Below are positions 18,193-27,855 of a stretch of DNA of 62,349 bases, piece after piece; the first letter of the stretch is position 1, and every line of letters begins with the position of its first letter. Under the pieces are notes generated by a model, which worked only from the letters and a program-made list of their open reading frames with translations, was not told the DNA's origin and did not search any database. The DNA comes from a virus (lineage: Duplodnaviria > Caudoviricetes): the IMG/VR virus record IMGVR_UViG_3300008738_000498, positions 1-62,349 of that record; one strand, given 5' to 3'. The translations under genes and the position numbers were made by a program.

Positions 18193-19586
18193 CCTGGGCA
18201 GCCGAAGTGGAAAAATCGGTGCCAACCGACCCTTTGATCAATCCCGATGCCGAAGCGCAGCTGATCAGTGCGATCATGCTGGACCGCAAGCGCATCGATG
18301 CCGTGGTCGACACGATTCGGCCGGAAGACTTCGGGGTGGCGCTGTTCGGCCGCATGTTTGCGACGATTGTCCATGAGGCAACGATCGGGCGCACGCTATC
18401 GCCGGCGCTGCTGCGCAGCCATTTCGTGGACGATGCCGATTTGCAGGCGCTGGGTGGCAACCGCTTCATCGCGCAGCTTACCGCGGACACCTATGCACTG
18501 ATCCTGGACCCGGTGGACCTCGCGCGCCAGTTGGTGGACCTTGCCCAGCGCCGCGAAATGCGGGCCGGTCTGGAAGCAGCCGCCGCCGCGTGCGTGGACC
18601 TCAAGACACCGGCAGCCGAAATCGTCTCCATGGCCGACGCCGCGATCGCCCAGCGCGCCGCATCGACCGTGATCGAAAGCGATAGCGCCGATACGATGCG
18701 AGCTTTTCTGGCCCAGATGGAGAACGGGAACACCGGCGTTCTGTGCCACCGCATTCCCTCGCTCGACGGCGTGCTGGGCAAGTTGCGGCCCAAATCGCTC
18801 AACATTCTTGCCGGCCGCCCAGGCATGGGCAAGACCTGTGTCGTCTCCAGCTATGCCCTGGGCGCCGCCGATGCCGGCCATGGCGTGCTGTTCGTCTCGC
18901 TGGAAATGAGCCGGGAGGAATTGGCGGGGCGCCAGATCGCCGACTGGTCTTACGACGATGAGCGCGCCCGCGTGCCCTATTTCGCGATCGAGACAGAAGA
19001 CCTGAACGCGTGGCAGACCCAGCGCGTGTTGCAGATTTCCGGCGAGATCGGCAGGCTACCCCTGACCGTGATCGACGCCGGGTCATTGACCATAGGCCGC
19101 CTGGAAATGCTGGTGCGCCGGCAGAAGCGCCGCTTTGCCGCCAAGGGCGTGAACCTCGACCTTGTGATCGTCGATTACCTGCAGTTGCTGCACGCCGACC
19201 GCAAGGGCCTGAGCCCCTATGAAGCGACGTCCGAGATCAGCAAGCGCCTCAAGGGCCTTGCCAAGGATCATGATGTGGCCGTGATCGCCCTCGCCCAGCT
19301 TTCACGCTCGGTCGAGCAGCGGCAGGACAAGAAGCCCATGCTGTCCGACCTGCGCGACAGCGGCCAGATCGAGCAGGATGCGGACAGCGTGACCTTCCTG
19401 CTGCGCCAGGAATACTACGAGAAGCAGAACGAGCCCGATGCGCCCGGCGAGAAGCACGACGCCTGGGAGGCGCGCATGGAGCGCGTGCGCGGCACGATCG
19501 ACTTCATCGTCGCCAAGAAGCGCAAGGGCAGCACCGGCACGGCGACCGGGCGCTTCTATGGCATTTACCAGGCGGTGCGGTCATGA
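18189..19586 (+). CDS. dnaB: DnaB-like replicative helicase
   Basis: AGRPGMGKT, SLEMS, IVDYLQL, AQLSR, DLRDSGQIEQDAD. Confidence 0.95.
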   Translation: MTWAAEVEKSVPTDPLINPDAEAQLISAIMLDRKRIDAVVDTIRPEDFGVALFGRMFATIVHEATIGRTLSPALLRSHFVDDADLQALGGNRFIAQLTADTYALILDPVDLARQLVDLAQRREMRAGLEAAAAACVDLKTPAAEIVSMADAAIAQRAASTVIESDSADTMRAFLAQMENGNTGVLCHRIPSLDGVLGKLRPKSLNILAGRPGMGKTCVVSSYALGAADAGHGVLFVSLEMSREELAGRQIADWSYDDERARVPYFAIETEDLNAWQTQRVLQISGEIGRLPLTVIDAGSLTIGRLEMLVRRQKRRFAAKGVNLDLVIVDYLQLLHADRKGLSPYEATSEISKRLKGLAKDHDVAVIALAQLSRSVEQRQDKKPMLSDLRDSGQIEQDADSVTFLLRQEYYEKQNEPDAPGEKHDAWEARMERVRGTIDFIVAKKRKGSTGTATGRFYGIYQAVRS

Positions 19587-20488
19587 GCGCCGAACCCTGG
19601 ATGAAGTTCTATCCGCAGGACTGGCGGGCCGATGAAAAGCTGCGCATGTGCGGCTTGGCAGCGCGCGGCCTGTGGATCGAAATGCTCGCGATCATGCATC
19701 GATCGGAGCGATACGGCCAACTCCTGATCGGCGGACGCGTCCCGACAGACGCCCAACTCGCCGTGCAAGTAGGGGCGTCCCCAAGCGAGGTCACAGCATT
19801 GCTGGCTGAACTCGACGGCGCGGGCGTTTTCTCACGCGCGGCCAGCGGGGCCATCTACTCGCGACGAATGACCCGCGATCACAAGAAGGCCGAAAATGCT
19901 CGCAAAAACGGGCGGAAAGGCGGCAATCCGAAGCTGCGGGCAAGTGCCCAAAACAAAACGGAAAAAGATGCATCGGATAAGGGGCAGGATAACCCATCGG
20001 ATAAGGGGGGGGATAAAGCCCAGAAGCCAGAAGCCAGATACCAGAAAGAAGAAAACCCCCCTACCCCCCAACAACCACGCGACGATGGAGCGGGGGGAGG
20101 ACAGGAGGGGTATGCCTATCGGGGCAAGACCATTCGGCTGACCCGCAAGGACTTCGACCAATGGGAGGCGGCGTTCCACACGATCGCCGACCTGAAAGCC
20201 GAACTGATCGCGCTGGATGCCTGGCTGCAAGGCCCGGACGTGAAGGATGCGACCCGCAAGAAGTGGTTCATGGCCGTGTCCGGTGCCCTGAACAAGAAAC
20301 ACCAGGAGAACCTGGCGCGCGGCTCTGCCCAGCCTGCGCCCCGCAACCGACAGGAAGCCGATGAGGCGGAAGCCCAGCGCGCATTCGAGCACCGCTACCC
20401 GCTGCGCAAGATCACGCTGGCCGAGGCTGAGGGCATGATGGCCGGCGCCGAACTTGAGCGCTGGAAGGCAAGGAACCTGCACTCATGA
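19583..20488 (+). CDS. Phage replication initiator
   Basis: PWMKFYPQDW..AARGLW N-terminus; internal iteron array. Confidence 0.8.
   Translation: MSAEPWMKFYPQDWRADEKLRMCGLAARGLWIEMLAIMHRSERYGQLLIGGRVPTDAQLAVQVGASPSEVTALLAELDGAGVFSRAASGAIYSRRMTRDHKKAENARKNGRKGGNPKLRASAQNKTEKDASDKGQDNPSDKGGDKAQKPEARYQKEENPPTPQQPRDDGAGGGQEGYAYRGKTIRLTRKDFDQWEAAFHTIADLKAELIALDAWLQGPDVKDATRKKWFMAVSGALNKKHQENLARGSAQPAPRNRQEADEAEAQRAFEHRYPLRKITLAEAEGMMAGAELERWKARNLHS
19971..20054 (+). repeat. Iteron array, putative phage origin
   Basis: GGATAA at 19975, 19987, 19999, 20011 (12-bp period); CCAGAWR at 20020, 20027, 20034, 20041 (7-bp period); A-rich tract. Confidence 0.7.
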
Positions 20489-20546
20489 CCGCCGCTAACC
20501 CCCTTCAATTAAATTCAACGCTGTTCAATTCGGGAGGCATCGAGCA

Positions 20547-21212
20547 ATGACCACGACCGCAACGAGGGCCAAACCCGATCCCAGGGCCAAGCGCCGCGAC
20601 GAGACCCACGCCCAGTGGCAGGCCAGGCTCGATGCCATGCTGCCCTACGAGCGGGAGACCGGCGAACCGGTGCTGACGCCCGAAGCGCTGGCGCAAGGCG
20701 ACTTCGAGCCGGCGTTCGTGCCAGACCACGAGACCGGCCAGGTGACCAAGACCCTGCGGCGCAAGTCGGCGTCGAGCATGGCCCGGCTGCACGACAACGG
20801 CCAGATCACCAGCGACCAGTGGGCGGCGTCACAGGAGATCGCGCTGGTGGCCGAGATGATCGAGCGCTCGGTCTCGGTGCGCGGGGCCAGCTTGGAAGCG
20901 CGGGTGGATGGTTCCGGCTCGGCGCGTGATGTCTTGGTCGAGCGGCTGCACCTGGTGCGCATGGAGCGGGCCTACACCGCCTGGCGCCAGCACCTGCCGA
21001 TGCCGCGGCGCATGGTGATCGACATGGTGCTGGGCGATCGCGAACTGTACGTGACGGCGCGCTCGCACAACGTGGGCTGGCCACGGGCCCGGCGCCTGCT
21101 GCTCGGCGCGCTCGATCGCTGGATCGACATCCGGGAGCGAATCTGGCGCGACGTGGACGAGCGGGACGTGCTGGCCCGCTATGCGCGGTTGGGGTGTGGG
21201 GAGTTGGCGTGA
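20547..21212 (+). CDS. Putative late-gene regulator (Q-position protein)
   Basis: RLHDNGQITSDQWAA motif, C-terminal HTH-like region, position after replication genes. Confidence 0.6.
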   Translation: MTTTATRAKPDPRAKRRDETHAQWQARLDAMLPYERETGEPVLTPEALAQGDFEPAFVPDHETGQVTKTLRRKSASSMARLHDNGQITSDQWAASQEIALVAEMIERSVSVRGASLEARVDGSGSARDVLVERLHLVRMERAYTAWRQHLPMPRRMVIDMVLGDRELYVTARSHNVGWPRARRLLLGALDRWIDIRERIWRDVDERDVLARYARLGCGELA

Positions 21213-21424
21213 TGTGCCAAATTTTGCGCTCAGGGGTGGTTTCTAGCGCGAAGGTGGCTTTCCACGCTACCCGTGTATGGTCGGGGCACGTCTTCGCGCT
21301 CCTTGGCCGGTCTGAGCCGAAATCGCTTCAAGGCGAAAGAGAGCATCTGGCCATGCTGCTGCGCGATAGCTGGGTCACCCGCGACGAGATGCGGCGCGCG
21401 GCCGATTTGATGGAGGTGGAGTGA
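21212..21424 (+). CDS. Hypothetical protein
   Basis: Coupled start. Confidence 0.45.
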   Translation: MCQILRSGVVSSAKVAFHATRVWSGHVFALLGRSEPKSLQGEREHLAMLLRDSWVTRDEMRRAADLMEVE

Positions 21425-21642
21425 TGACCAAAGCCAGGACACACAGGCAAGCCAAGGCCATTGCGGTCCGTCAGGCCAAGGCGGCTCGACGTTGGGCGAT
21501 CGTGCGCGATGCGTCCGCAGCCGGCAAGTCTAAGTTTGAGGCTGCCGCAATGGCTGGCCTGACCGTGGGCGGATTGGCGAGCTTGCTGGCCCGTGAGGTG
21601 GGTGACAGGGGCTGGCCGATCTCCAGCGAAAGGGAGGAGTGA
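21421..21642 (+). CDS. Hypothetical HTH-like protein
   Basis: GGAGG RBS; GKSKFEAAAMAGLT. Confidence 0.5.
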   Translation: MMTKARTHRQAKAIAVRQAKAARRWAIVRDASAAGKSKFEAAAMAGLTVGGLASLLAREVGDRGWPISSEREE

Positions 21643-21643
21643 G

Positions 21644-21799
21644 ATGGCAGAGCATGTCGTTCGCGTAAGATTTGAGTGGGGCCAGCAGGACTTCACGTTT
21701 CCATTTGAACATGAGGCAATAGCGTTTCGCGATGCTGTGCTGATGAGCCGAGAGTGCGTTGCCGCGCGTTACAGAAAGGCCACCCATGACCCAGCCTGA
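21644..21799 (+). CDS. Hypothetical protein (51 aa)
   Basis: GGAGGAG RBS, ATG 21644. Confidence 0.5.
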   Translation: MAEHVVRVRFEWGQQDFTFPFEHEAIAFRDAVLMSRECVAARYRKATHDPA

Positions 21800-22448
21800 C
21801 ACCCCCGCGCCGTGCCCATTTGCCGAAGCGCTTGCGAACCCCAACAGCGAAGCTCATGCCATCTATGATACTGGCCAGATATGCGCTGAATGTGGGATTT
21901 CGCTTTATACCTCGATTGATGGGCTGGTCTGCGGCAATGGCCATTACGCCCGCCGCCCCGAACCCGCAGCCGATTTGAGCATGATCACGATGCTTAAGGC
22001 CCTTGCTGTCAGGATAGCTGCTGGCGAGGAAATGAGCGAAGGCCTGCGCAACTATGCGAAGCAGGCGCTTGACGCCGATGCCGGTGAACCCGCAGCCGGG
22101 CCTTCGATCACCATGCGGTATGGCAACAGCTTGCCTGAAGGCGTCAGGCCGCAGGAAGAACCCACAGCCGATGCTGAAGATGGCTGGGAAGCAACCCTTC
22201 GATATTGCGAGCGCGAATGGCAGCAGGAGCGAGCGCATATGTGCCGCCAGATTGCCGAACTGCGGGCAGCCCTAAAGCAGCGCGAACCCGCAGCCGATGC
22301 GGTGGAGGCTGTGAAGATCGGCATGAAGAACGCTGTGCTGTGGACAGACGCAGACGGCAAAATGACGCTTGAGCATTACCACCTAGATGACGCAGCAATC
22401 GAAGCACTCGCCCGCGCCGCCATCGCCGCTATGCCGGGGGTGGGGTGA
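21786..22448 (+). CDS. Mosaic hypothetical protein with four EP(A/T)A(D/G) linkers
   Basis: GAACCCRCAGCCG at 21960, 22086, 22158, 22284. Confidence 0.6.
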   Translation: MTQPDTPAPCPFAEALANPNSEAHAIYDTGQICAECGISLYTSIDGLVCGNGHYARRPEPAADLSMITMLKALAVRIAAGEEMSEGLRNYAKQALDADAGEPAAGPSITMRYGNSLPEGVRPQEEPTADAEDGWEATLRYCEREWQQERAHMCRQIAELRAALKQREPAADAVEAVKIGMKNAVLWTDADGKMTLEHYHLDDAAIEALARAAIAAMPGVG

Positions 22449-22792
22449 TGGGGGAACGTCCCGAATGGTGGGTGCGCAAAGATGGCATCGCTGGGATCAA
22501 GCGCTTCGTGTCCGATCACGTTATGCGCGCTTGGGAGGCGAGAAAATCGCGGGCCACCCAGCACTATGTGCCGGCATGCAGCCGGTGCCCTACGGTCGAA
22601 GCTGCCACCGAGATCGAGCGGCTGCGGGCGGCGTTGGCAGATGCCGAACTAGCCCACGAAACCTACTGCAAAAGCTGGGACATGCGAAAGCAGATGGACC
22701 GAATGAAGGGCGCGCTGGAACGCATCGCGAATGAGCCTCACACGCCGCACGAAATGAAGTTCATCGCCCGCGCCGCGCTCCCGTACAACTGA
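22445..22792 (+). CDS. Hypothetical phage protein
   Basis: EAATEIERLRAAL..ALERIA..IARAAL. Confidence 0.6.
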   Translation: MMGERPEWWVRKDGIAGIKRFVSDHVMRAWEARKSRATQHYVPACSRCPTVEAATEIERLRAALADAELAHETYCKSWDMRKQMDRMKGALERIANEPHTPHEMKFIARAALPYN

Positions 22793-22855
22793 ACGCAACG
22801 GAAATTCAAGCCAAGCTAGCGTTGGCGCGGGCGCAAAAAGCGTAAGGACCAAATC

Positions 22856-23224
22856 ATGCGAATAGTGATCTACGACGACGAAACAATGGAGCCGATCACC
22901 GTAGTGGACGTGCGCGGCCTCACCGAACGTCATATTGATGATTTGGGCGGCAGGCCATTATTTCTTCCCATTAAGCATCAAACCAACTTTATGGATGCAA
23001 CACCGCGATCAATGAAGCGACCGTACATTGTCACGATTTGGTTCGAAAAATTCGTCAGAAATGACATGGTGACGCACATGTGTTTTACCAACCAGGCCGA
23101 GTTGGCCATGCTGTTAGGTCCGAGTTTCCTGCCTGGGCAGCAGCGCCGCATCAACGAAATGCAGGACCATATTCGTGGTCTCACCAAGCTTTGCGAGATG
23201 CTGGAAACCGCCTTGGGACTGTGA
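22856..23224 (+). CDS. Hypothetical protein (AT-richer)
   Basis: AAGGA RBS; MRIVIYDDETMEPITV..FLPGQ. Confidence 0.7.
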   Translation: MRIVIYDDETMEPITVVDVRGLTERHIDDLGGRPLFLPIKHQTNFMDATPRSMKRPYIVTIWFEKFVRNDMVTHMCFTNQAELAMLLGPSFLPGQQRRINEMQDHIRGLTKLCEMLETALGL

Positions 23225-23237
23225 AGCCACCACCCCC

Positions 23238-23324
23238 TTGCGCGTGAGTGGCAACTAGCGTAACTTCCCATCATTCAGAACTGCGCCCCGAGGTCAAAAC
23301 CGGCCTGCGGGGCGTTTCTCGTTT
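23238..23324 (+). promoter_or_regulatory. Putative late promoter followed by terminator hairpin
   Basis: TTGCGC-17-TAACTT; hairpin CGCCCCG..CGGGGCG plus T-rich tail at 23284-23324. Confidence 0.55.
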
Positions 23325-23471
23325 CAGGGCCTGACGCGCCCTGGCCCGGCCCGAGAGGCCCAGCACCAAGCGGAAAGGAGGCGATCTGTGCATCTCCCAC
23401 GACGCGGGCAGCTGGCGCCACCGGCGTGCCCCGCGCCGTGCGGTCTAGGGGCCTGATCCAAGGAAATCACC

Positions 23472-24233
23472 ATGGCCTATAGCCAGCGCGGCCGCGATAC
23501 GCAGATGCGCGCCGACTTCGTGCGCCACTACCTCGCCGACCCCGCGATGAATGCGACCGAAGCGGCGCTGGCTGCGGGATACGGCGGCAAGAACAAAAAT
23601 CGTCGCAGTGCAGCGCGCGTCGCTCACGAATTGCTCAAGCGCGAGGACGTCAAGGCCCATCTCGCCGAGGCGATGGCGGCGCGATCGGCCCGGACCGAAA
23701 TCACCGCCGATATGGTGGTGGAACGGCTTTGGGCCATCGCCACCGCCGATCCGAACGAACTGATGCAGCATCGCCGCACGGCCTGCCGCTATTGCCATGG
23801 CATGGGCCATGCGTATCAGTGGATCGACGAGGCGGAATGGCTCTTTGCTTGCCAGCGCGCTGAAAAGCGGCACCAGCCCAAGCCCAGCGACGCCGGGGGC
23901 TACGGTTTCAGCGAGCATGCCGAGATCAACCCGCATTGCCCGCGCTGCAACGGCGAGGGGCACGGCCACACGTTCTTCGCCGACACGCGCCGCATCAAGG
24001 GCCCGGCTCGGCTGCTCTACGCCGGGGTCAAGGATGGCCGCGACGGGATGGAGGTCAAGACCCACGACCAAGTGGCGGCCATGCGGGACGTGGCCAAGCT
24101 GCTGGGCTTCTTCAAGGACAAGGTCGAACTGACCGGAAAGGACGGCGGCCCGGTGGAGATCGAAACCAAGGGTGGCGTCTCCGGCCTGCTAGCGGCGGCC
24201 CGCCAGGCTCGCCCTGATGCTGACCGAGGCTGA
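23472..24233 (+). CDS. terS: Terminase small subunit with Zn-binding insert
   Basis: MNATEAALAAGY; CRYCHG..CPRCNGEG; KVELTGKDGGPV. Confidence 0.9.
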   Translation: MAYSQRGRDTQMRADFVRHYLADPAMNATEAALAAGYGGKNKNRRSAARVAHELLKREDVKAHLAEAMAARSARTEITADMVVERLWAIATADPNELMQHRRTACRYCHGMGHAYQWIDEAEWLFACQRAEKRHQPKPSDAGGYGFSEHAEINPHCPRCNGEGHGHTFFADTRRIKGPARLLYAGVKDGRDGMEVKTHDQVAAMRDVAKLLGFFKDKVELTGKDGGPVEIETKGGVSGLLAAARQARPDADRG

Positions 24234-25704
24234 CCTAGCGGGCTACCAGCAGCTTCGCGGCATCTGGCGCCGGGATATTCTGCTCTACGCCAAGCAGCGG
24301 CTCGGGCTGAACCCGACGACGCAGCAGGCGGACCTGCTCAAGGCGATCGAACCGGAGGGCGCGAAGGTTTCGGCCAGGGCTGGGCACGGCGTCGGCAAGT
24401 CCGGCTCGGTGTCCGCTGCGATCTGGTGGATGCTGGAGTGCTTCGACTTCCCGAAGATCCCATGCACCGCGCCAAGCGCCAGCCAGCTGCGCGACGTGCT
24501 GTGGTCGGAATTGGGGAAATGGGCGCGCAAGTCGGACGCAATGAGCCATGCGCAGGGCCTGCCTCAGGAACTGTGGCTGTCGAACCTATTCACGATCAAC
24601 CAGGACCGGATCGCGGACAAGGGCAGCCCAGACCAATGGTTCGCGGTGGCCCGCACGGCTCGCAAGGAAAACCCGGACGCGCTGCAAGGCTTTCACGCCA
24701 GCGGGGTGAGGATCAGCGACGACGGCACGACGGTCGAGCAAGTCTCTCACGCCGAGGGCTCGATCATGTTCGTGGTCGAAGAAGCGTCGGGCGTTGACGA
24801 CAAAATTTTCGAAGTGGCCGAAGGCGCGCTGTCATCGCATGGCGCCCGGCTGCTCATGGTCGGAAACCCGACCCGCAACACAGGCTATTTCGCCCGATCG
24901 CACAAGCAGGACCGGGCCGACTTCACCGCGTTGCACTTCAAGTGCGGCGATAGCCCGCTGGTCGATCCGACGTACCGGCCAAAGCTGGTCCGCAAGTTCG
25001 GCGAAGGGTCGAATGTTGTCCGGGTTCGCGCCGATGGCGAGTTCCCGAAGCAAGACGACGACACGCTGATCAGCATCGACGATGTCGAGGCCGCGATCAG
25101 CCGGAATGAGCCAGTGGCCACCGGTAGCGATCGCCGCCTCGGCGTCGATGTTGCCAGGTTCGGTGATGACCGGACGGTGTTCATCCTGCGCGCCGGCAAC
25201 GTCATCGAGAAGTGCAAGATCGTGGCCAAGCAGGACACGATGACCACTGCCGGCATGGCCAAGAAGCTGCGGCAGGAATGGGCGGCTGACGAGATCTACG
25301 TCGATGCCAACGGCGTCGGTGCCGGCGTGGTAGATCGCCTGACCGAAATGGGCGAACCTGTGGTCGGTGTTATGGTATCGGAATCGGCGCCAGAACGCGA
25401 CCAGTGGTCTGAAATCGATGGGCAGCCCTTCAAACTGCGCGACCATCTCTGGATGGCAGTGGCGCAGTGGGTCCGCACCGAGGAGCCAAGTTTCGGTCAA
25501 CTCGACAAGGATGTTGCGGATGATCTGGCCGGGGAATTGGCCTCCCCGCGCTACCGCATCGATAGTTCCGGCCGCATTGTGGTCGAGAGCAAGGCCGACA
25601 TGAAAAAGCGGGGCCTGCGCTCCCCGGATATCGCCGACGCCCTGGGCCTGACCTTCGCGCCCAAGGAGTTCGACCTCAACACCTACCTCAAGGCCTACGG
25701 ATGA
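24217..25704 (+). CDS. terL: Terminase large subunit
   Basis: Walker A AGHGVGKS, GNPTR, nuclease GVDVARFGDD, SPDIADAL. Confidence 0.95.
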   Translation: MLTEADLAGYQQLRGIWRRDILLYAKQRLGLNPTTQQADLLKAIEPEGAKVSARAGHGVGKSGSVSAAIWWMLECFDFPKIPCTAPSASQLRDVLWSELGKWARKSDAMSHAQGLPQELWLSNLFTINQDRIADKGSPDQWFAVARTARKENPDALQGFHASGVRISDDGTTVEQVSHAEGSIMFVVEEASGVDDKIFEVAEGALSSHGARLLMVGNPTRNTGYFARSHKQDRADFTALHFKCGDSPLVDPTYRPKLVRKFGEGSNVVRVRADGEFPKQDDDTLISIDDVEAAISRNEPVATGSDRRLGVDVARFGDDRTVFILRAGNVIEKCKIVAKQDTMTTAGMAKKLRQEWAADEIYVDANGVGAGVVDRLTEMGEPVVGVMVSESAPERDQWSEIDGQPFKLRDHLWMAVAQWVRTEEPSFGQLDKDVADDLAGELASPRYRIDSSGRIVVESKADMKKRGLRSPDIADALGLTFAPKEFDLNTYLKAYG

Positions 25705-27194
25705 GCCGACGATCACAGCGCCGCGCCCGTGGCCGCAGCCAGGCCGCGCCTCGGCCGCAGATGGACCGGGCCACGGCCGACAGCTTCCAGAACATGCAGG
25801 CGCGGCTCGGGGTCGGCGCCGGCAACATGAGCGATGCCAACGCTTACGTGTTGTCCAACCTGCTCACCCGGCAGCCGCGCACGCTGGAAGCGATGTACCG
25901 CGGCTCATGGGTGGTCGGTGCCGTGGTCGATGCCGTCGCCGAGGACATGACGCGTGAGGGTGTCGATTTCGGTTCGAGCGTGCCGCCAGACCAAATCGAA
26001 AGCCTTCGCGCCGCCGAGGACGACTTGCAGATCTGGCAGTCGCTGCAAGAGGTGATCCAGTGGTCGCGGCTCTACGGCGGTGCGATCGGCGTAATCGACA
26101 TCGATGGTCAAGACGTCTCAACCGAGTTGAACGTCAACACCATCGGGCGCGGGCAGTTCCGTGGCATCGTGGCAATGAACCGGTGGGAGTTGCTGCCGAT
26201 CACCAGCGATTCCATGCCGATCAATGGCACTGTCGTTGGCCGTCCGGAGATTTACAAGGTCGGGCCGCAGGCATCGGCCTACCAACTGGAGGACATCCAC
26301 CACAGTCGCGTCATCCGCATGGAAGGGCTGAAACTGCCCTACTTCCAGCGGATCGCGGAAGCAGGCTGGGGCATGTCGGTGGTCGAGCGGATGTATGACC
26401 GGCTCGTCGCCTACGACAGTGCCAGCCAGGGTTCGGCGCAGCTGATCTACAAGGCCTATCTGCGCACGCTCAAGATCAAGAGCTTGCGCAGCATCCTGGC
26501 CGCCGGCGGCGCAGCAGAAACGGCAGTCGAAAAGCACGTCGAGGCAATTCGCCGGTTTCAGTCCAGTGAAGGTCTGACGCTGCTGGACGCCGAGGACGAT
26601 TTCGAGACGCACACCTACAGCTTTTCCGGCCTCAATGACCTGTTGCTCGGGTTCGGCCAGCAGCTGTCGGGCGCGACGCAAATCCCGCTGGTGCGCCTGT
26701 TCGGGCAGTCGCCGGCCGGGCTCAACAGCACCGGGGAAAGTGATCTCCGGAACTACTACGACGCCATCCGCGCCAAGCAGCAGAAAGACCTGCGCGAGCC
26801 GGTCAACAAGGTGATGTCGATCCTGTTCCGGTCGGTGATCGGCGACGCACCGCCGCAGGGTTTCCGCTCCACGTTCAATCCGCTCTGGCAGATGTCCGAC
26901 ACCGAAAAGGGCACGCTGGCCAAGACCATTGTCGATGCTGTTGGCGCCGCATCGGAACTGGGCCTGATCAGTGCGCCATCGGCCATGCGCGAACTCAAGC
27001 AGAGCGCAGACCAGACCGGGGTGTTCTCGAACATCACCGACGAAGATATCAAGGAGGCCGAGCTTGCCCCACCTCGCCCGACCGAGCTTGATCCCGACGC
27101 TGACACGCCTGCCGGTGATGGACCGGGCCCGGGCATCGTCGCGCCTGGTCCAGACAGCGAAGGTGGAGAGGCAATACGCCAGCCAGCTGCGTAA
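25701..27194 (+). CDS. Portal protein (DUF1073-like)
   Basis: WSRLYGG, IHHSRVI, IPLVRLFGQSPAGLNSTGESDLRNYYD. Confidence 0.9.
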   Translation: MSRRSQRRARGRSQAAPRPQMDRATADSFQNMQARLGVGAGNMSDANAYVLSNLLTRQPRTLEAMYRGSWVVGAVVDAVAEDMTREGVDFGSSVPPDQIESLRAAEDDLQIWQSLQEVIQWSRLYGGAIGVIDIDGQDVSTELNVNTIGRGQFRGIVAMNRWELLPITSDSMPINGTVVGRPEIYKVGPQASAYQLEDIHHSRVIRMEGLKLPYFQRIAEAGWGMSVVERMYDRLVAYDSASQGSAQLIYKAYLRTLKIKSLRSILAAGGAAETAVEKHVEAIRRFQSSEGLTLLDAEDDFETHTYSFSGLNDLLLGFGQQLSGATQIPLVRLFGQSPAGLNSTGESDLRNYYDAIRAKQQKDLREPVNKVMSILFRSVIGDAPPQGFRSTFNPLWQMSDTEKGTLAKTIVDAVGAASELGLISAPSAMRELKQSADQTGVFSNITDEDIKEAELAPPRPTELDPDADTPAGDGPGPGIVAPGPDSEGGEAIRQPAA

Positions 27195-27846
27195 GATCGC
27201 CAGCCATATCGGTGAACTGATCAACACGATCTGGGTGCCAGAGGATCCGGCGGTTGCGGACCGGATCGGTACCGCGCTGGAACGCTACGCCCAGATCATT
27301 GAGCCCTGGGCCCGCGTGGTTGGTCGCCGGATGGTCGAGGAGATCGATGCCCGCAATCGGCGGGCCTGGCGCGAGCATTCGGCGGACATGTCGCGCCTGA
27401 TGCAAGCGCAGCTGAACAGCACCGACGTCGGCGCCCTGACACGGCAGCGCCTGGCCGACCAGGTGCAGCTGATCACCAGCCTGCCGCGCGATGCCGCCGA
27501 GCGCGTGCATAAGCTGACGCTCGAGGGTCTCACACAGGGCACGCGGGCCAAGGAAATCTCGGCTGAGATCATGCGGTCGGGCCAGGTCAGCAAGAGCCGA
27601 GCCGACCTGATCGCGCGAACCGAGGTGTCGCGGACGTCGACAGAATTTACCCGGGCGCGCGCCGAAGACATCGGCTCGACCCACTTCATCTGGCGGACGT
27701 CGCGCGACAGCGATGTGCGGCCAGGCCACAAGGCCCTGGATGGCAAGACGTTCCGCTGGGACGAACCGCCGGAATGCGATCCTGGGCACCACGCACTGCC
27801 GGGGGCAATCTGGAACTGCCGGTGTTTTCCTGAGCCCGTATTCTGA
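27118..27846 (+). CDS. MuF / SPP1 gp7-like minor head protein (short form)
   Basis: RADLIARTE, WRTSRDSDVRPGH..DG, PGAIWNCRC. Confidence 0.9.
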   Translation: MDRARASSRLVQTAKVERQYASQLRKIASHIGELINTIWVPEDPAVADRIGTALERYAQIIEPWARVVGRRMVEEIDARNRRAWREHSADMSRLMQAQLNSTDVGALTRQRLADQVQLITSLPRDAAERVHKLTLEGLTQGTRAKEISAEIMRSGQVSKSRADLIARTEVSRTSTEFTRARAEDIGSTHFIWRTSRDSDVRPGHKALDGKTFRWDEPPECDPGHHALPGAIWNCRCFPEPVF

Positions 27847-27855
27847 GGTTTTGAA

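Noticed and set aside
21960-22296. Regularly spaced repeats as a CRISPR array
   Set aside because: Only 13 bp long, in-frame within a CDS, spacings of 72-126 bp, and no cas genes
24766-24795. TerL Walker B reads VVEEAS instead of DEA, possible inactivation
   Set aside because: Conservative change with all other motifs intact; cannot call it defective without an alignment
25701-27194. Anti-CBASS nuclease fused to the portal
   Set aside because: No pair of HxT/S 2H-phosphoesterase motifs seen in a C-terminal extension; length fits a plain portal
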